Source of the DNA: Octopus sinensis
Lineage: Eukaryota
Direction of reading: 5' to 3'
Length of the DNA stretch: 64,000 bases
Assembly: GCF_006345805.1 (NCBI RefSeq)
Contig: NC_043011.1
Coordinates: forward strand, 11,222,001 to 11,286,000
Below, one piece after another: positions 26,661 to 38,669 of the stretch (position 1 is its first letter; every line of letters begins with the position of its first letter). The notes below the pieces were generated by a model. The model had not been told where the DNA came from. It made no database searches and saw nothing but the letters and a program-made list of their open reading frames with translations. The position numbers and the translations under genes were made by a program.

Positions 26661-27233
26661 TGTGTATGTACATGTGTATGTGAAGGCGTGTATATGTGTA
26701 CATGTTTTTGTATGTGTATATATATGTGTGTGTATATGTATGTATGTATATATGTATGTATATATAGATATATATGTATGTATGTGTATGTATGTATATA
26801 TAGGTATATATGTATGTATGTGTATGTATGTATATATAGATATATATGTATGTATGTATGTGTATGTATGTATATATATATATATGTATGTATGTGTATG
26901 TATGTATATATATATATATATGTATGTATGTGTATGTATGTATATATATATATATGTATGTATGTGTATGTATGTATATATATATGTGTGTATATGTATG
27001 TGTGTATATGTGCATATGTGTGTATATATGTGTGTGTATGTATTAATGTATGTGTGTGTGTACGCGAATATATATTTATGTGTAGGTATATGCATGTGTA
27101 TATGTTTATGTATGTGTATATGTACATATATATATATGTGTATGAATGTAAATATGAATATATGTATGTATATATGTATGTATATTTATATATGTATATA
27201 TTTTTATATATATATGGATATGAATAGGGATAT

Positions 27234-27274
<41 letters not shown>

Positions 27275-27415
27275 ATATAGAGGGCATTATACATACATGC
27301 CAGAAGGCATTATACATACATGCCAAACGCTAAGAGGGACAATTAGTCATTTCTACCAAAATATTACTAATCCCACCGAATGCAATTTTTCAAAGTAAGA
27401 CATTTAAAAAAATAT

Positions 27416-27463
27416 AGACCTGTATCACAGTGATTTCATACTTACGTACTCATCAGCAGGCCT
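27416..27463 (-). ncRNA. Type I hammerhead motif, family H2
   Basis: AGGCCTG-CTGATGA-GTAC GTAA GTAT-GAAA-TCAC T GTGA-TA-CAGGTCT; 7-bp stem I, GNRA loop II. Confidence 0.75.
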
Positions 27464-28020
27464 GAATGTATTATAAATAAACAACGACCCTGCCCCGCTT
27501 AAGCCGATCACTAACTGCTCGACATCAACGAAGCACATGGGTGAGTTTACATATATTACATCCGGATAAATGGCAAACTTTTACGAATTGCATTTCGGGA
27601 GAGGAAAAGTTTTTTCGGAATAAAAATTTAGCAATTAAGGACAACTACTTAATGAGGAAAACTTAACAAGAAATTGTCAGGTAGATAGCGTAAAAACCTC
27701 ATAAGAGAAAAAATTTCGAAAATAATTATTTCTTATTGAACATATTAATTTATATATAGAGGGCATTATACATACATGCCAGAAGGCATTATACATACAT
27801 ATTGGTAGAAATGACTAATTGTCCCTCTTAGCATTTGGCATGTATGTATAATGCCTTCTGGCATGTATGTATAATGCCCTCTATATATAAATTAATATGT
27901 TCAATAAGAAATAATTATTTTCGAAATTTTTTCGAAACTCACCCATGTGCTTCGTTGATGTTGATCAGTTAGCTGATCGGCTTAAGCGGGGCAGGGTCGT
28001 TGTTTATTTATAATACATTC

Positions 28021-28068
28021 AGGCCTGCTGATGATTACGTAAGTATGAAATCACTGTGATACAGGTCT
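28021..28068 (+). ncRNA. Hammerhead motif H2, mirror copy (G10.1 to T)
   Basis: AGGCCTGCTGATGATTACGTAAGTATGAAATCACTGTGATACAGGTCT. Confidence 0.65.
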
Positions 28069-28208
28069 ATATTTTTAAATGTCTTACTTTGAAAAATTGC
28101 ATTCGGTGGGATTAGTAATATTTTTGGTAGAAATGACTGATTGTCCCTCTTAGCGTTTGGCATGTATGTATAATGCCTTCTGGCATGTATTTATAATGCC
28201 CTCTATAT

Positions 28209-28247
<39 letters not shown>

Positions 28248-28911
28248 GCTTATGTGCGTGTATCTATGTGTGTGTATGTATGTATAGGTGTATATGTACG
28301 CATGTGTGTTTTTATGTATATATATATATATATATGTATATATATGTATATATATGTATATGTATATGTACGCGTATGTGTATGTGTAAGTACAGGTATT
28401 TGCATGTATATATATTTATTATTTGTGTATGCGTGTATGTATATGTGTATATGTATATGTATGTATGCTTGTATGTATTTATCTATATATAGATGCGTGT
28501 GTGTGTGTATGTGTATGCATGTGTATATACAAACGTATATTTATGTATGCGTATATGTATTTGTCTATATGTATGTATATATGTGTATTTGTGTATATGT
28601 ATATATATATATATATATAATATATATTATATGCCTGTATACTTGTGTATGGGTGTATGTATGTGTATATATATATATATATATATAGGTATATATATGT
28701 GTATATATGTGTGTATGTATATGTATGTGTGTATATGTATGGACTTGTAGACTTTTTTATATGTGTATATATATATATATGTGTGTGTGTATGCATGTAT
28801 ATGTATATATTTATGTATGCGTATGTGTATTTGTCTATATATATATATGTATATATGTGTGTTTGTGTATATATATGTATATATGCTTGTATACTTGTGT
28901 ATGGGTGTAGG

Positions 28912-28958
<47 letters not shown>

Positions 28959-29101
28959 GTATATATGTATATGTATACGTATGTGTGTATATGTATGGAC
29001 TTGTAGACTTTTTTTTATATTTATATATGTATAATATGTGTGTGTGTATGTTGTAGATATGCGTATGTGTATTTGTATGTGCATGTGCTTATATATATAT
29101 A

Positions 29102-29177
<76 letters not shown>

Positions 29178-30175
29178 TAATGTATATGTATGTGTATGTA
29201 TATATGTATATATTGGTGTATGGGTGTATGTGTATGTGTGTGTAGGTATATACGTATATGTATATATATACATATATATATATGGACTTGTAGATTTTTG
29301 TATGTGTATATATGTATGTGTATGTGTGTAGGTATGTATATGCATGTATGCATTTATGTGCACATGTATGCATGCATGTGTGCATATATGTATTTATAAG
29401 CATATGGATGCGTATATATGCGTATGTATGTTTATATGCACATATGTTTTTATATGAGCATATGCGTTTATATATGCGGGCAGATATTTATGTGTGTTTA
29501 TGTGTACTGAAGTACGTTTATATATGTGTGTTTGTGTGTACATAGTTATGTATACGTTTATGTGAAAGTGGGTACATTTATGTATGTATGCATATGAGTA
29601 CTTGTGTGTGTATATGTATGTGTATATGTATATATATATATATATATATATGTGCATGTAGAGAGAGATATATACATATGTATAAGTGGATGAGGAGGTA
29701 ATGAGTGAGAGAACATGTGTGTTTGTGTATGTGTATGAGTGTGAGTGTGTGTGAGTGTTTGCATTTGTATCCGTGGGTAAAGAGATAGAAAGGAAGGGAG
29801 AGGGGAGCGGTAGATGGATTCCATTAGGCCTGTTGGAACCCTGGGGAATTCTAGGAACTTTTGGCGTTTGTCTACTCTAGCGCCACTAAATGTGTGTCGG
29901 CGGGTAGGTAGGTCATAGATTATACCTTTTATGATCTGGAAGACGGTCAAGGGAAAATAAAAATAAAAATAAAATAAGGGAGGAAGATGAGGAGAGAAGA
30001 AAAAAAAAATATATATGTGTGTGTGTGCATGGGTGTGTATATTTATATATATATGTGTAGATATAGGTGTGCGTGTGTTTGCGTGTTTGCATGTATGTGT
30101 ATTTGTATATATATGTGTATGTATATATATGTATATGTATGTATGTGTATATGTATATATATATATATATATATA

Positions 30176-31663
30176 TACCACCATCCACACCGCCCTTGCC
30201 AGAGCAATTTCTGTGGACCGTGTATCTGCTCTCCCTCCCTGAACCCGCCCTGTAGTCTCCCGCCTCCCTTTTCCCCTCACTACCCCACGACCCTACCTCT
30301 CCAACGCACCATTCTTCGAGCTTTCCGTCATCTCCAGTCCGACCTGTCCACTTCACACCTCTTCCCTAACCGACCCCTCCCCTCTTTCAAACGAGCGCAT
30401 AACCTTCGAGACCTTTTGGTCTGTAGCTCCTTCCCTGACCCTACCTCCCAACCTGGCTCGCTCCCCTGCTCCTGCCCACGTTGCCGCACTTGCCCTTACC
30501 TCTCCAACACTACCCTCCTCACTGGCACCCATCATCGACCCTATCGCATTATCAACTCCTTCACCTGCACCTCCAGCAATATTATCTATTGTGTCTCTTG
30601 CTCTCTCTGCCATTCCCTGTACATCGGACAAACGGGACGCCGCTTGGCTGACCGGTTCGCGGAACACCTTCGTGACATCCGCCTTGCGAATGACACACTG
30701 GTCTCACGCCATTTCCGCTCCACCGGTCACTCCTTGCAACACCTGTCTGTGTTCGGTTTGTCCTTACACAGAGGCCATCCGGATTCCCGTTTGCGCCGTG
30801 AACAGGAATTAATCTTCTCTCTTCGTTCTTATACGCCATTTGGTCTCAACTCTCCTCCCCCTCTCATCTAACCCCTAACCCCCCTCTCCCCCCTCCTCAT
30901 CTAACCTCCCCTCGACCCCTACTTCTTTTCAGTCCTTCATCCTTTCACCCCTACTCCTCTTCCCTTCTTCCCTCTTTCTCCCTCCCTCCTTCTTCCCTCT
31001 TCCCCTTCCCTCTTTCTCTCTGCTCCCTCCTCCCCTTCTCTCTCTCCCCCTCTCCTCCTCTCCCCTCCTTCCTTCTCCCCCCTTCTCTCCCCTCCTCTTC
31101 TCCTCCTTCCTTCTCCCCTTCCCCCTCCTCTTCTCCCCTCTTCTCTTTCTTTCTCCCCCCCTCCCCGTTCTCCCCCCTTACCTCCCCATCTTCCCTCATC
31201 TCCTCTCTCTGCACTACACCATACGACTTTACACATCACATCATATATACATACACACGTCCAGACCTCTCATACGCACTAATACTCACTCATACACACA
31301 CACACACTCTTCTCATATACACACACACACACACTCTTATGTTGGAGCGAGGTCATTTAACCCTATTATCTCCCCTAATTTCGCTCTTGCGTCTCACGTT
31401 TGATTTTTGACTTCTGGCCAAAATCAGATCGCCATGTTGATTCGCTAGCCTCTTCACACATTTTTTTTCTCTCCTTCTTTCTGTGTTTTTTCTCTGTGTA
31501 TCTTTCTGTTGAAGAGCGTAGGCTCGAAACATTAAAGACTTGTTTTATTTATATTTCCTGAGCGCCATACTAATACAATTGTTTGTTTGTATTCCACCTG
31601 CCTTCATCTTTTGTTTATTTCCGTAAACCTGCCTTTGTCTTTTGTCTATTTTCATAAAGCTTC

Positions 31664-31666
<3 letters not shown>
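30176..31666 (+). mobile_element. 5'-truncated Penelope-like element of a second family: GIY-YIG ORF end, polypyrimidine tract and 3' region
   Basis: IIYCVSC..C..LYIGQTGRRLADRFAEH...RREQELIFSLRSYTPFGLN, stop at 30871; bounded by (TA)n. Confidence 0.85.
31501..31538 (+). ncRNA. Degenerate minimal hammerhead (H4) downstream of the PLE ORF
   Basis: TCTTT-CTGTTGA-A-GAGC GTAG GCTC-GAAAC-ATT-AAAGA; two core deviations. Confidence 0.45.
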
Positions 31667-31721
<55 letters not shown>

Positions 31722-31723
<2 letters not shown>

Positions 31724-32135
31724 TCATCATCATCATCATCATCATTTAACGTCCGCTTTCCATGCTAGCATGGATTGGACGGTTCAACTGGGGTCTGGGG
31801 AGCCCGAAAGCTGCACCAGTCCAGTCAGATCTGGCAGTGTTTCTACAGCTGGATGCCCTTCCTAACGCCAACCACTCTGAGAGTGTAGTGGGTGATTTTA
31901 TGTGCCACCGACACAGGTGCCAGACGAGGCTGGCAAACGGCCACGCTCGGATGGTGTTTTTTATGTGCCACCGACACAGGTGCCAGACGAGGCTGGCAGA
32001 CGGCCACGCTCGGATGGTGTTTTTATGTGCCACCGACACAGGTGCCAGATGAGGCTGGCAAACGGCCACGATCGGATGGTGTTTGTTACGTGCCCACAGC
32101 ACGGAGGCCAGTCGATGCGGTACTGGCTACGGCCA
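31722..32135 (-). mobile_element. RTE 3'UTR-derived repeat with ~3-4 internal ~60-bp units
   Basis: (CAT)n end, tandem GTGCCACCGACACAGGTGCCAG units. Confidence 0.75.
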
Positions 32136-32533
32136 CGTTATATATATATATATATGTGCTAGTGTATTTATATGTATGTATATGTGTGTCTGTATGTATA
32201 TACATGGGCATATGTATATGTATGGATATTCGCATGTCTATGTATGTGGGTTTGTATGTATATTTATTTTATATGTTCTTTTATGTATACATATCTACTT
32301 CTTCCCTCCACTTAATAACAACAACAACAAACTGACTAAAAGCAATAGTCTTCTAATTTACCTAAAACTCTATTCAATTATTCTATTTATTCATTTATTT
32401 ACTTTATCACTGATTCTTTTGACCACTCCCCTAAGAAAGACAGTTTGTGCCCTGCTTACCCAAAAAATGTCCCCCACCACCACCCCATTACATCTGCCTA
32501 AATGTATAAATGCCAGATCTTATTTTGACAGCA

Positions 32534-32584
32534 AGCTTCCTGATGATTTCATTTGAATGAAACAGTTCTAGTCCTGTAGAAGCT
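32534..32584 (+). ncRNA. Hammerhead motif H1, right end of the giant palindrome
   Basis: Exact reverse complement of 14275-14325; predicted cleavage after 32578. Confidence 0.75.
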
Positions 32585-32689
32585 CCTTCTATAAAATAAA
32601 TTAATTTACTGTGCTATGTATTGAGTACCTTATTTACTGTGGTTAACCCCGACTCAACCTGAGACCTACATATATATATATATATATAT

Positions 32690-33286
32690 ATATGCTGTGC
32701 GCGAAAAGACCATGAAGGACAAGTGAGTCCAGCCCACTTATGCATGCCTTCCTCCCTTGGACACACAAAGACCTGTTGAGGCAAGCGAAGTCGATATTGA
32801 ACCTCATCTGACGATGGGCACCTATGCCTGTTGGGGCAAGTGGAATCGAAATTGAACCAATCCTATGACTGGCACCCGGCAGATGCCAGGACCCCTGGAC
32901 TGGAGATACGTAAAAAGCACTATCTGAATCGTGGCCGATGCCAGCGCCGCCTCGACTGGCGTCCGTGTCGGTGGCACGTAAAAAGCACCATCCGAATCGT
33001 GGCCGAAGCCAGTGCCGCCCCGACTGGCTTCCGTGCAGGTGGCACGTAAAATGCACCAATCCGACCGTGGCCGATGCCAGCCTCGCCTGGCACCAGTGCA
33101 GGTAGCACGTAAAAAGCACCCACTACACTCACGGAGTGGTTGGCGTTAGGAAGGGCATCCAGCTGTAGAAACATTGCCAGATAAGACCGGAGCCTGGTGC
33201 AGCCTTCTGGCTTCCCAGATCCCCGGTCGAACCGTCCAACCCATGCTAGCATGGAGAACGGACGTTAAACGATGATGATGATGATG

Positions 33287-33288
<2 letters not shown>
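32690..33288 (+). mobile_element. RTE-type 3'UTR repeat (long subfamily); similar copy at 62926-63480 (-)
   Basis: Ends ...GGACGTTAAACGATGATGATG. Confidence 0.7.
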
Positions 33289-33317
<29 letters not shown>

Positions 33318-33382
33318 AAAGAATATATTTATATTTCAAAAGTATATTTATTAATTAATTATTTTATTATTGTAGTTATCTT

Positions 33383-33486
33383 TAACCTGATGAGTGGCTA
33401 TATTTATATTGAAGTGATTTTCATACTACTACTAATATTTTTACTATAATCATTTCTTAAATATAGCCACGAAACGCGTGTCGTTA
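33383..33486 (+). ncRNA. Type I hammerhead motif with long stem II, family H3
   Basis: TAAC-CTGATGA-GTGGCTATATTTA...TAAATATAGCCAC-GAAAC GCGT GTC-GTTA; canonical core, G10.1-C11.1, GUC triplet. Confidence 0.85.
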
Positions 33487-33736
33487 TTCTACCAAATATT
33501 TACGTTTTATTTATTATTTTGCACTTTACTTTATCATCGTTATATTTTTTATTTTATATTTAATCTTTCTATAATATGTAATTTTCTAGATGTTGTAATT
33601 TAATTTTTCATTATTGAATTGATAAAAGGGTTTTTTTTTCTAATTTATATATATATATATATTATATTTTGTGAAATTTTATTTAGTATTTCTAAATTGA
33701 ATTTTTCCCTGTAAGTTTGGAATAATATTCCCTCAT

Positions 33737-33832
<96 letters not shown>

Positions 33833-34534
33833 AATCCATTATTAGCAGTGGAAGCAATGTTGGTTCTGAATAACTTTCGGTATGTTTTACTTAACATTGA
33901 TATACTATTGAAAACCACAAAACTGCAATATTAATCTCAAGTAAGCTTCTGTTATTGAGCTGTAGTGCTAAATAGCACAGAAGTATATCTGAAGCAGATG
34001 TAAAGCATTCACCAGCTGTGGTAGAATTGCAAAGTCATGATTTTTGTGTCTTCACACATCATCAGTAGCAAATATCTATTACCAACTACTTGCTTAAACA
34101 AGTTTCATTTCTACTCATATATATTTCTTTACTGCCCACAAGGGGCTAACGTTTCTACCAGCTCACCGCCTTTCACTTCTACTGATATAGTAAAACAGTG
34201 ATGACAAATCTGGTGTTACAAAAATTTGTTATTGACAGTAGAAACAATATTTGTTCATTGTCTTATTCTGTATGTCTTGCTTAATGCGAATATGTTATTG
34301 AAAGCCACAAAACTGCAATATTTGTTTTTTCCCAATTAAGTAGCTGATGCTGGTGTCTTAGTAATTACTATGACACAGAACATATCAGAACTGCCCAGCT
34401 TACCAGAAATACTCTGCAAAACTGACAACTCATCACTTGAAGAGCCATAGTAAACCAACGATTACTGTTTCTGTTTATTCTGTATACGACATTCCTTTGA
34501 GCCAGTGTAATGTTGTCACATATCTGTTTTCTAG

Positions 34535-34701
34535 TGAACTCGACTATCAGAAGAACTGTTTGAATTTGGTGTTGGAGTTTGGCGACATTGACCTTGCAAG
34601 TTTGTTCCGTAGCCAATATAAGACAAACAAAATACCCCAAATGATGGTCATGTGCTACTGGACCCAGATGCTGGAAGCTGTTCTGGTACTCCATAAAGAA
34701 G
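34535..34701 (+). CDS. TTK: TTK inner copy exon E7, hinge and subdomains V-VIa
   Basis: LVLEFGDIDL...YWTQMLEAVLVLHKE (Mps1 MECGNIDL...YWKNMLEAV). Confidence 0.9.
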
Positions 34702-34885
34702 GTATTGTATCATACAGGTATTTTTCTAGTGGTGTCATAAAGAAGTTATGTTGTACGGGTGTTTTCCTTAAGATTACAGTTGCAATTTTATGGAATTCCA
34801 AATGCTTCAAAGCCTGAAAATGTAGAGATATTTCAACATCATATGTTATATAGTACTGTTGTTTGCCATAATATAGTTGTGTTCA

Positions 34886-35189
34886 CGAGAACACAACTGT
34901 ATTATGGCAAACAACAGAGGAAACGGCAAAAAACAGACCACTCTGAAAAACCACCATCCATGAGGGAACGGCGACTTTCGAGTCAAAAAGGTCTGCAGAG
35001 CTGGAGGAGAAAAGACGACGACGGAAGGAGTGCCAACAACAACCACGTGTGACTCTCCCTTCCGGCACTAGATGTCCGCACTGCGACCGATCATTTCAAG
35101 CAAGAATTGGTCTTATCGGTCACCTACGGACTCACCAGTAAATTTGCGCGAAGACCATCATCCTCAACCTTGATGGATTGCCATCACAT
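34886..35189 (+). mobile_element. 3' end of a Bov-B-like RTE LINE with C2H2 finger
   Basis: CPHCDRSFQARIGLIGHLRTHQ*; TSD TTGTGTTCA (34877-34885 and 35190-35198); empty site in the outer copy near 52700. Confidence 0.85.
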
Positions 35190-35254
35190 TTGTGTTCAGT
35201 AATGTAATCATGAAAAAGAGTTAGCATAGTAAAATGATATAGTAAAATAACATA

Positions 35255-35530
35255 GGTGCAGGAGTGGCTGTGTGGTAAGTAGCTTGCTTACCAACCACAT
35301 GGTTCCGGGTTCAGTCCCACTGCGTGGCACCTTGGGCAAGTGTCTTCTACTATAGCCTGGGGCCGACCAAAGCCTTGTGAGTTGATTTGATAGACGGAAA
35401 CTGAAAGAAACCTGTCGTATATATGTTCATATATATATATATATAGCTATATATGTATATGTGTGTGTTTGTGTGTGTGTCCCCCAACATCGCTTGACAA
35501 CCGATGCTGGTGTGTTTACGTCCCCGTCAT
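35255..35530 (+). mobile_element. CORE-like SINE, 3'-deleted
   Basis: Paralogue of 52765-53225. Confidence 0.7.
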
Positions 35531-35796
35531 TTTTAATTTTACCTCATTTTTCTTTCTCCAGTCACTGACTTCATTAAAAGTTTGCCATGCCAAAAAGGTT
35601 GTTGGTCATCAGTAGATTACCTTATGTTTTAAATCAATTTATTACAATAATGTTTCACCACTTTGGTACTTTTCATAGTCTACTTTGTTCTAGGCATTCA
35701 AGCCGGGCCTAATGATAATTTCTTTGCACCATTCATGACAGACTTGAACTGGATTGTGAGTCCTTTCTGCTCTGACTGAAATGATTTTCTTTTCAG

Positions 35797-35990
35797 GTAT
35801 AGTACATTTGGATTTGAAACCTGCAAACTTCCTGATTGTTGGAGGCCAATTGAAGCTCATAGATTTTGGTATTGCTGATGTAATACAGACTGGTAAAACT
35901 GGCATTAACCAGGAGATACTGATGGGGACACCTGATTACATGAGTCCAGAAGCAATTGCTGTCTACCTGGATAACTCTAGAAGCCAAAAA
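35797..35990 (+). CDS. TTK: TTK inner copy exon E8, catalytic and activation loops
   Basis: [26 protein letters not shown]...[11 protein letters not shown]. Confidence 0.95.
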
Positions 35991-36779
35991 GTAAGGTTTT
36001 TAATAATATTTATTCAAATAATTTTACAGGCACTTTTGCTACTTTATTAAAAGACATAAAATTTCCTTTGTTGTTGTATGAAGTTGCATGGTGTGTAGAT
36101 TCAATTCAAAAAAAGGAAGCAGATAAATGCTAAAAGAAAAGAAAATATGGAGTTAAATGTTTATATAATTGACATGAAAAATTTTCTGATGATTTATCCT
36201 TTGATATGTACATCACATTGAAGGCATTTTCTAAATTAGCTGGTTCTTGCTTTTTAAAACATAGAGGACTGTGGTACAGTCACTGAATAGCTTTTGCTAT
36301 CAACATTGTGTGAAGCATATAGTTGTGTGTAATATCTGGTTGGTGCCAAATTAATTGTAGTTTTTAATCATCAACTTTAGGGAAATATTTCAGCTCAGAA
36401 TAAATCTTATTAATTGAAATACAAACATTTTAATGTATACATTTTTCCCATAAAAAAAAAACAAATCTATCTCTTCCAATAGCATAGAATTCTGAAGTCC
36501 TGTAACTGATGACCTTTTTGAAGGACTTTTGAGCTGGTGCATGTTTGTTGAAGACCTTCTTTTGCAGGAGATGCTTGCAAAAGTAGAAGTCAGTAAAAGA
36601 GAAGTGTAGAGAGTAAGCTGGATGTAGTAGAGTTTCATCTTTATTTTGAAGGTTCTCCTCTTCACTATGAAATTTTTGAAACCAATGTTGAGGTGTGCAT
36701 TTATGATGGTCCCTTAACCAAATGCTTTGCATTCCATTTCGAACTTAATTGGGGTTTTTTTTCTATCTTTAATTTACAG

Positions 36780-36861
36780 TCTAAAGTAGACACTATTCTC
36801 AGTGAAAGCAAAACCATTAGTATAAATCAACAGGCTGAAAACAGTGCTTCAAAATGGTACA
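36780..36861 (+). CDS. Possible optional exon in the kinase insert
   Basis: TTTACAG acceptor, open frame, GTTAGT donor; needs the alternative AG at 38014-38015 to keep frame. Confidence 0.25.
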
Positions 36862-38011
36862 GTTAGTTACATAAATGTCTATTTCAGAATAAGGACGAGA
36901 ATTTTTGTTTTTAAATGGTTTTTCTGCAAATTAGAAAAGCACCTAGAATTTTTTGACTAGTAAATACAGCTTATTCATGAGATTTGCGATTTGTAAATTC
37001 TGAAATATCTACTGTGTTTCTGAAGAAGAGTGACAGCTCTGATAGCTAGTTAGAATTTTTTTAATTTGAAATTGTGTAAGTTGTAAGGCTGGAGAAATTG
37101 GTCCTAAGAAGGGAAGTTTGCATGTAATGTATTAGTGAAGTTACAGAGTATATAGCAAAATTCCCAAAAGAAAAGTTGTTGTCAAGCCCAAATGACATGT
37201 CATGTAATGTAATAGTGAAGTTATAGATTTAAAGGTTTTAATAAAGATATTTTTGCTCAGGTTGACAAGATTCCCAATAGTCGATGATGTTTCCAGTAGT
37301 AAGTACTCTATAGGTAGACATCATTTTGCTAACAACTCAAGCATGAAATACAAAGGCTATTTATTTATTTCATAGAGGTAAACTAAAGGAATGATAGTGT
37401 TCTGGCAATATGCTATCAGTTAAGCATGATTACATTGACTGCTAGCTTGACATGTATAAGTATTTATCTCGAAATGGGATATAATCCTTGTGGTCAATTG
37501 CATTTGTGATTTGACATCTCTTCACAATGAGAAATTCTTAATGACTTCATCTATAAAATCTGGATTTTAGTTTACTTCATTTTACAGATAAAGATTTTTG
37601 GTGGGGTTTTGCAACTGTGATTTGTCAAAAAAAGACATCATGAATGCTTTTTAAACTGCAAACTATTTTCTCTCTATAAGAATGATCTAACTTCATAAAA
37701 TGTTTAATTTAGTATAATTTATTTACCTTGGGTTACACCATACTGAGGATTCCAAAGGAGGATGAAATGGCACTATACATGCTACTAGTGACTGGAAATT
37801 TAAATATGTATATTCTGTATGCCTTCTTCACTCTTCGATTTAAATTTCAAACTTCCAAACCCAACTCAGCTTAACTTAATCCAGAAGTCTTCCCTGTGAT
37901 AGCTGACCACCTGGGTAAACAATGTATAAGCTTCCCTAGATTGTTTTCAACTGTATATATTTTAAACCTCTGTCTTAATCTAGCTTACATATTATTTTTA
38001 TCTGATTCCAG

Positions 38012-38188
38012 ATAGGCTTGAAGAGTGACATTTGGTCTCTCGGTTGTATTCTCTATTTTATGGTCTACGGTAAAACTCCATTCCAAGAGATTAGAAACAC
38101 AACAGAAAAACTGATAGCAATAAGAAGTGATAAGTTCAAGATCAAATTTGCTGATGTCAGAAATAAAGAGCTATTGGATACAATGAAG
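38012..38188 (+). CDS. TTK: TTK inner copy exon E9, subdomains IX-X
   Basis: IGLKSDIWSLGCILYFMVYGKTPFQ. Confidence 0.95.
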
Positions 38189-38669
38189 GTACGTTTCAAT
38201 TGTTTGTATGAAATAGTTCAAATTGGTGGTTGATGTTTGTGTGGAATTAGGTGATCTACCTACACTCAGATGGCTGGTGTTTGTGTGGGTTTTTGATGAA
38301 ATATTCACACTCTGGAAACAAGAACATGTATAATTACATGGGATTAATCCAATCTGTGATCTATGTATGATTAGATGCAACGGTGTACAACTAGTGGCTG
38401 GTATGTGTGTTATTAGATGGAATAGTCTGCATACTGGTAATTGATGGCTTTGTGTATGAGTAGATGAAATACTCCACATTCTGGTAGATGGTACATGTAT
38501 GTGTGATTAGACAGAATGGTCCATGCACACACACACACATGCACGCGCGCGCGTACACTGATGGTTGGGATTAAATGGTAGTTGGTGGGTGTGTGATTAG
38601 ATTGAATGGTCTACACTAGTGATTGCTATTAGGCTGAATAGTCCATGGTCTTGTGGTTGGTGTAAATGT

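Noticed and set aside
14358-30356. Dozens of long ORFs rich in Y/I/H/T/M/C/V
   Set aside because: They are translations of TA/CA/TG microsatellites with no splice or domain support.
30915-31210. 99-aa G/E/R-rich ORF on the - strand
   Set aside because: Translation of a polypurine/polypyrimidine tract in the PLE 3' region.
37735-37790. CTGAGGA...GAAA motif (also near 56310) as a hammerhead
   Set aside because: Stem I does not pair and stem II is poor.
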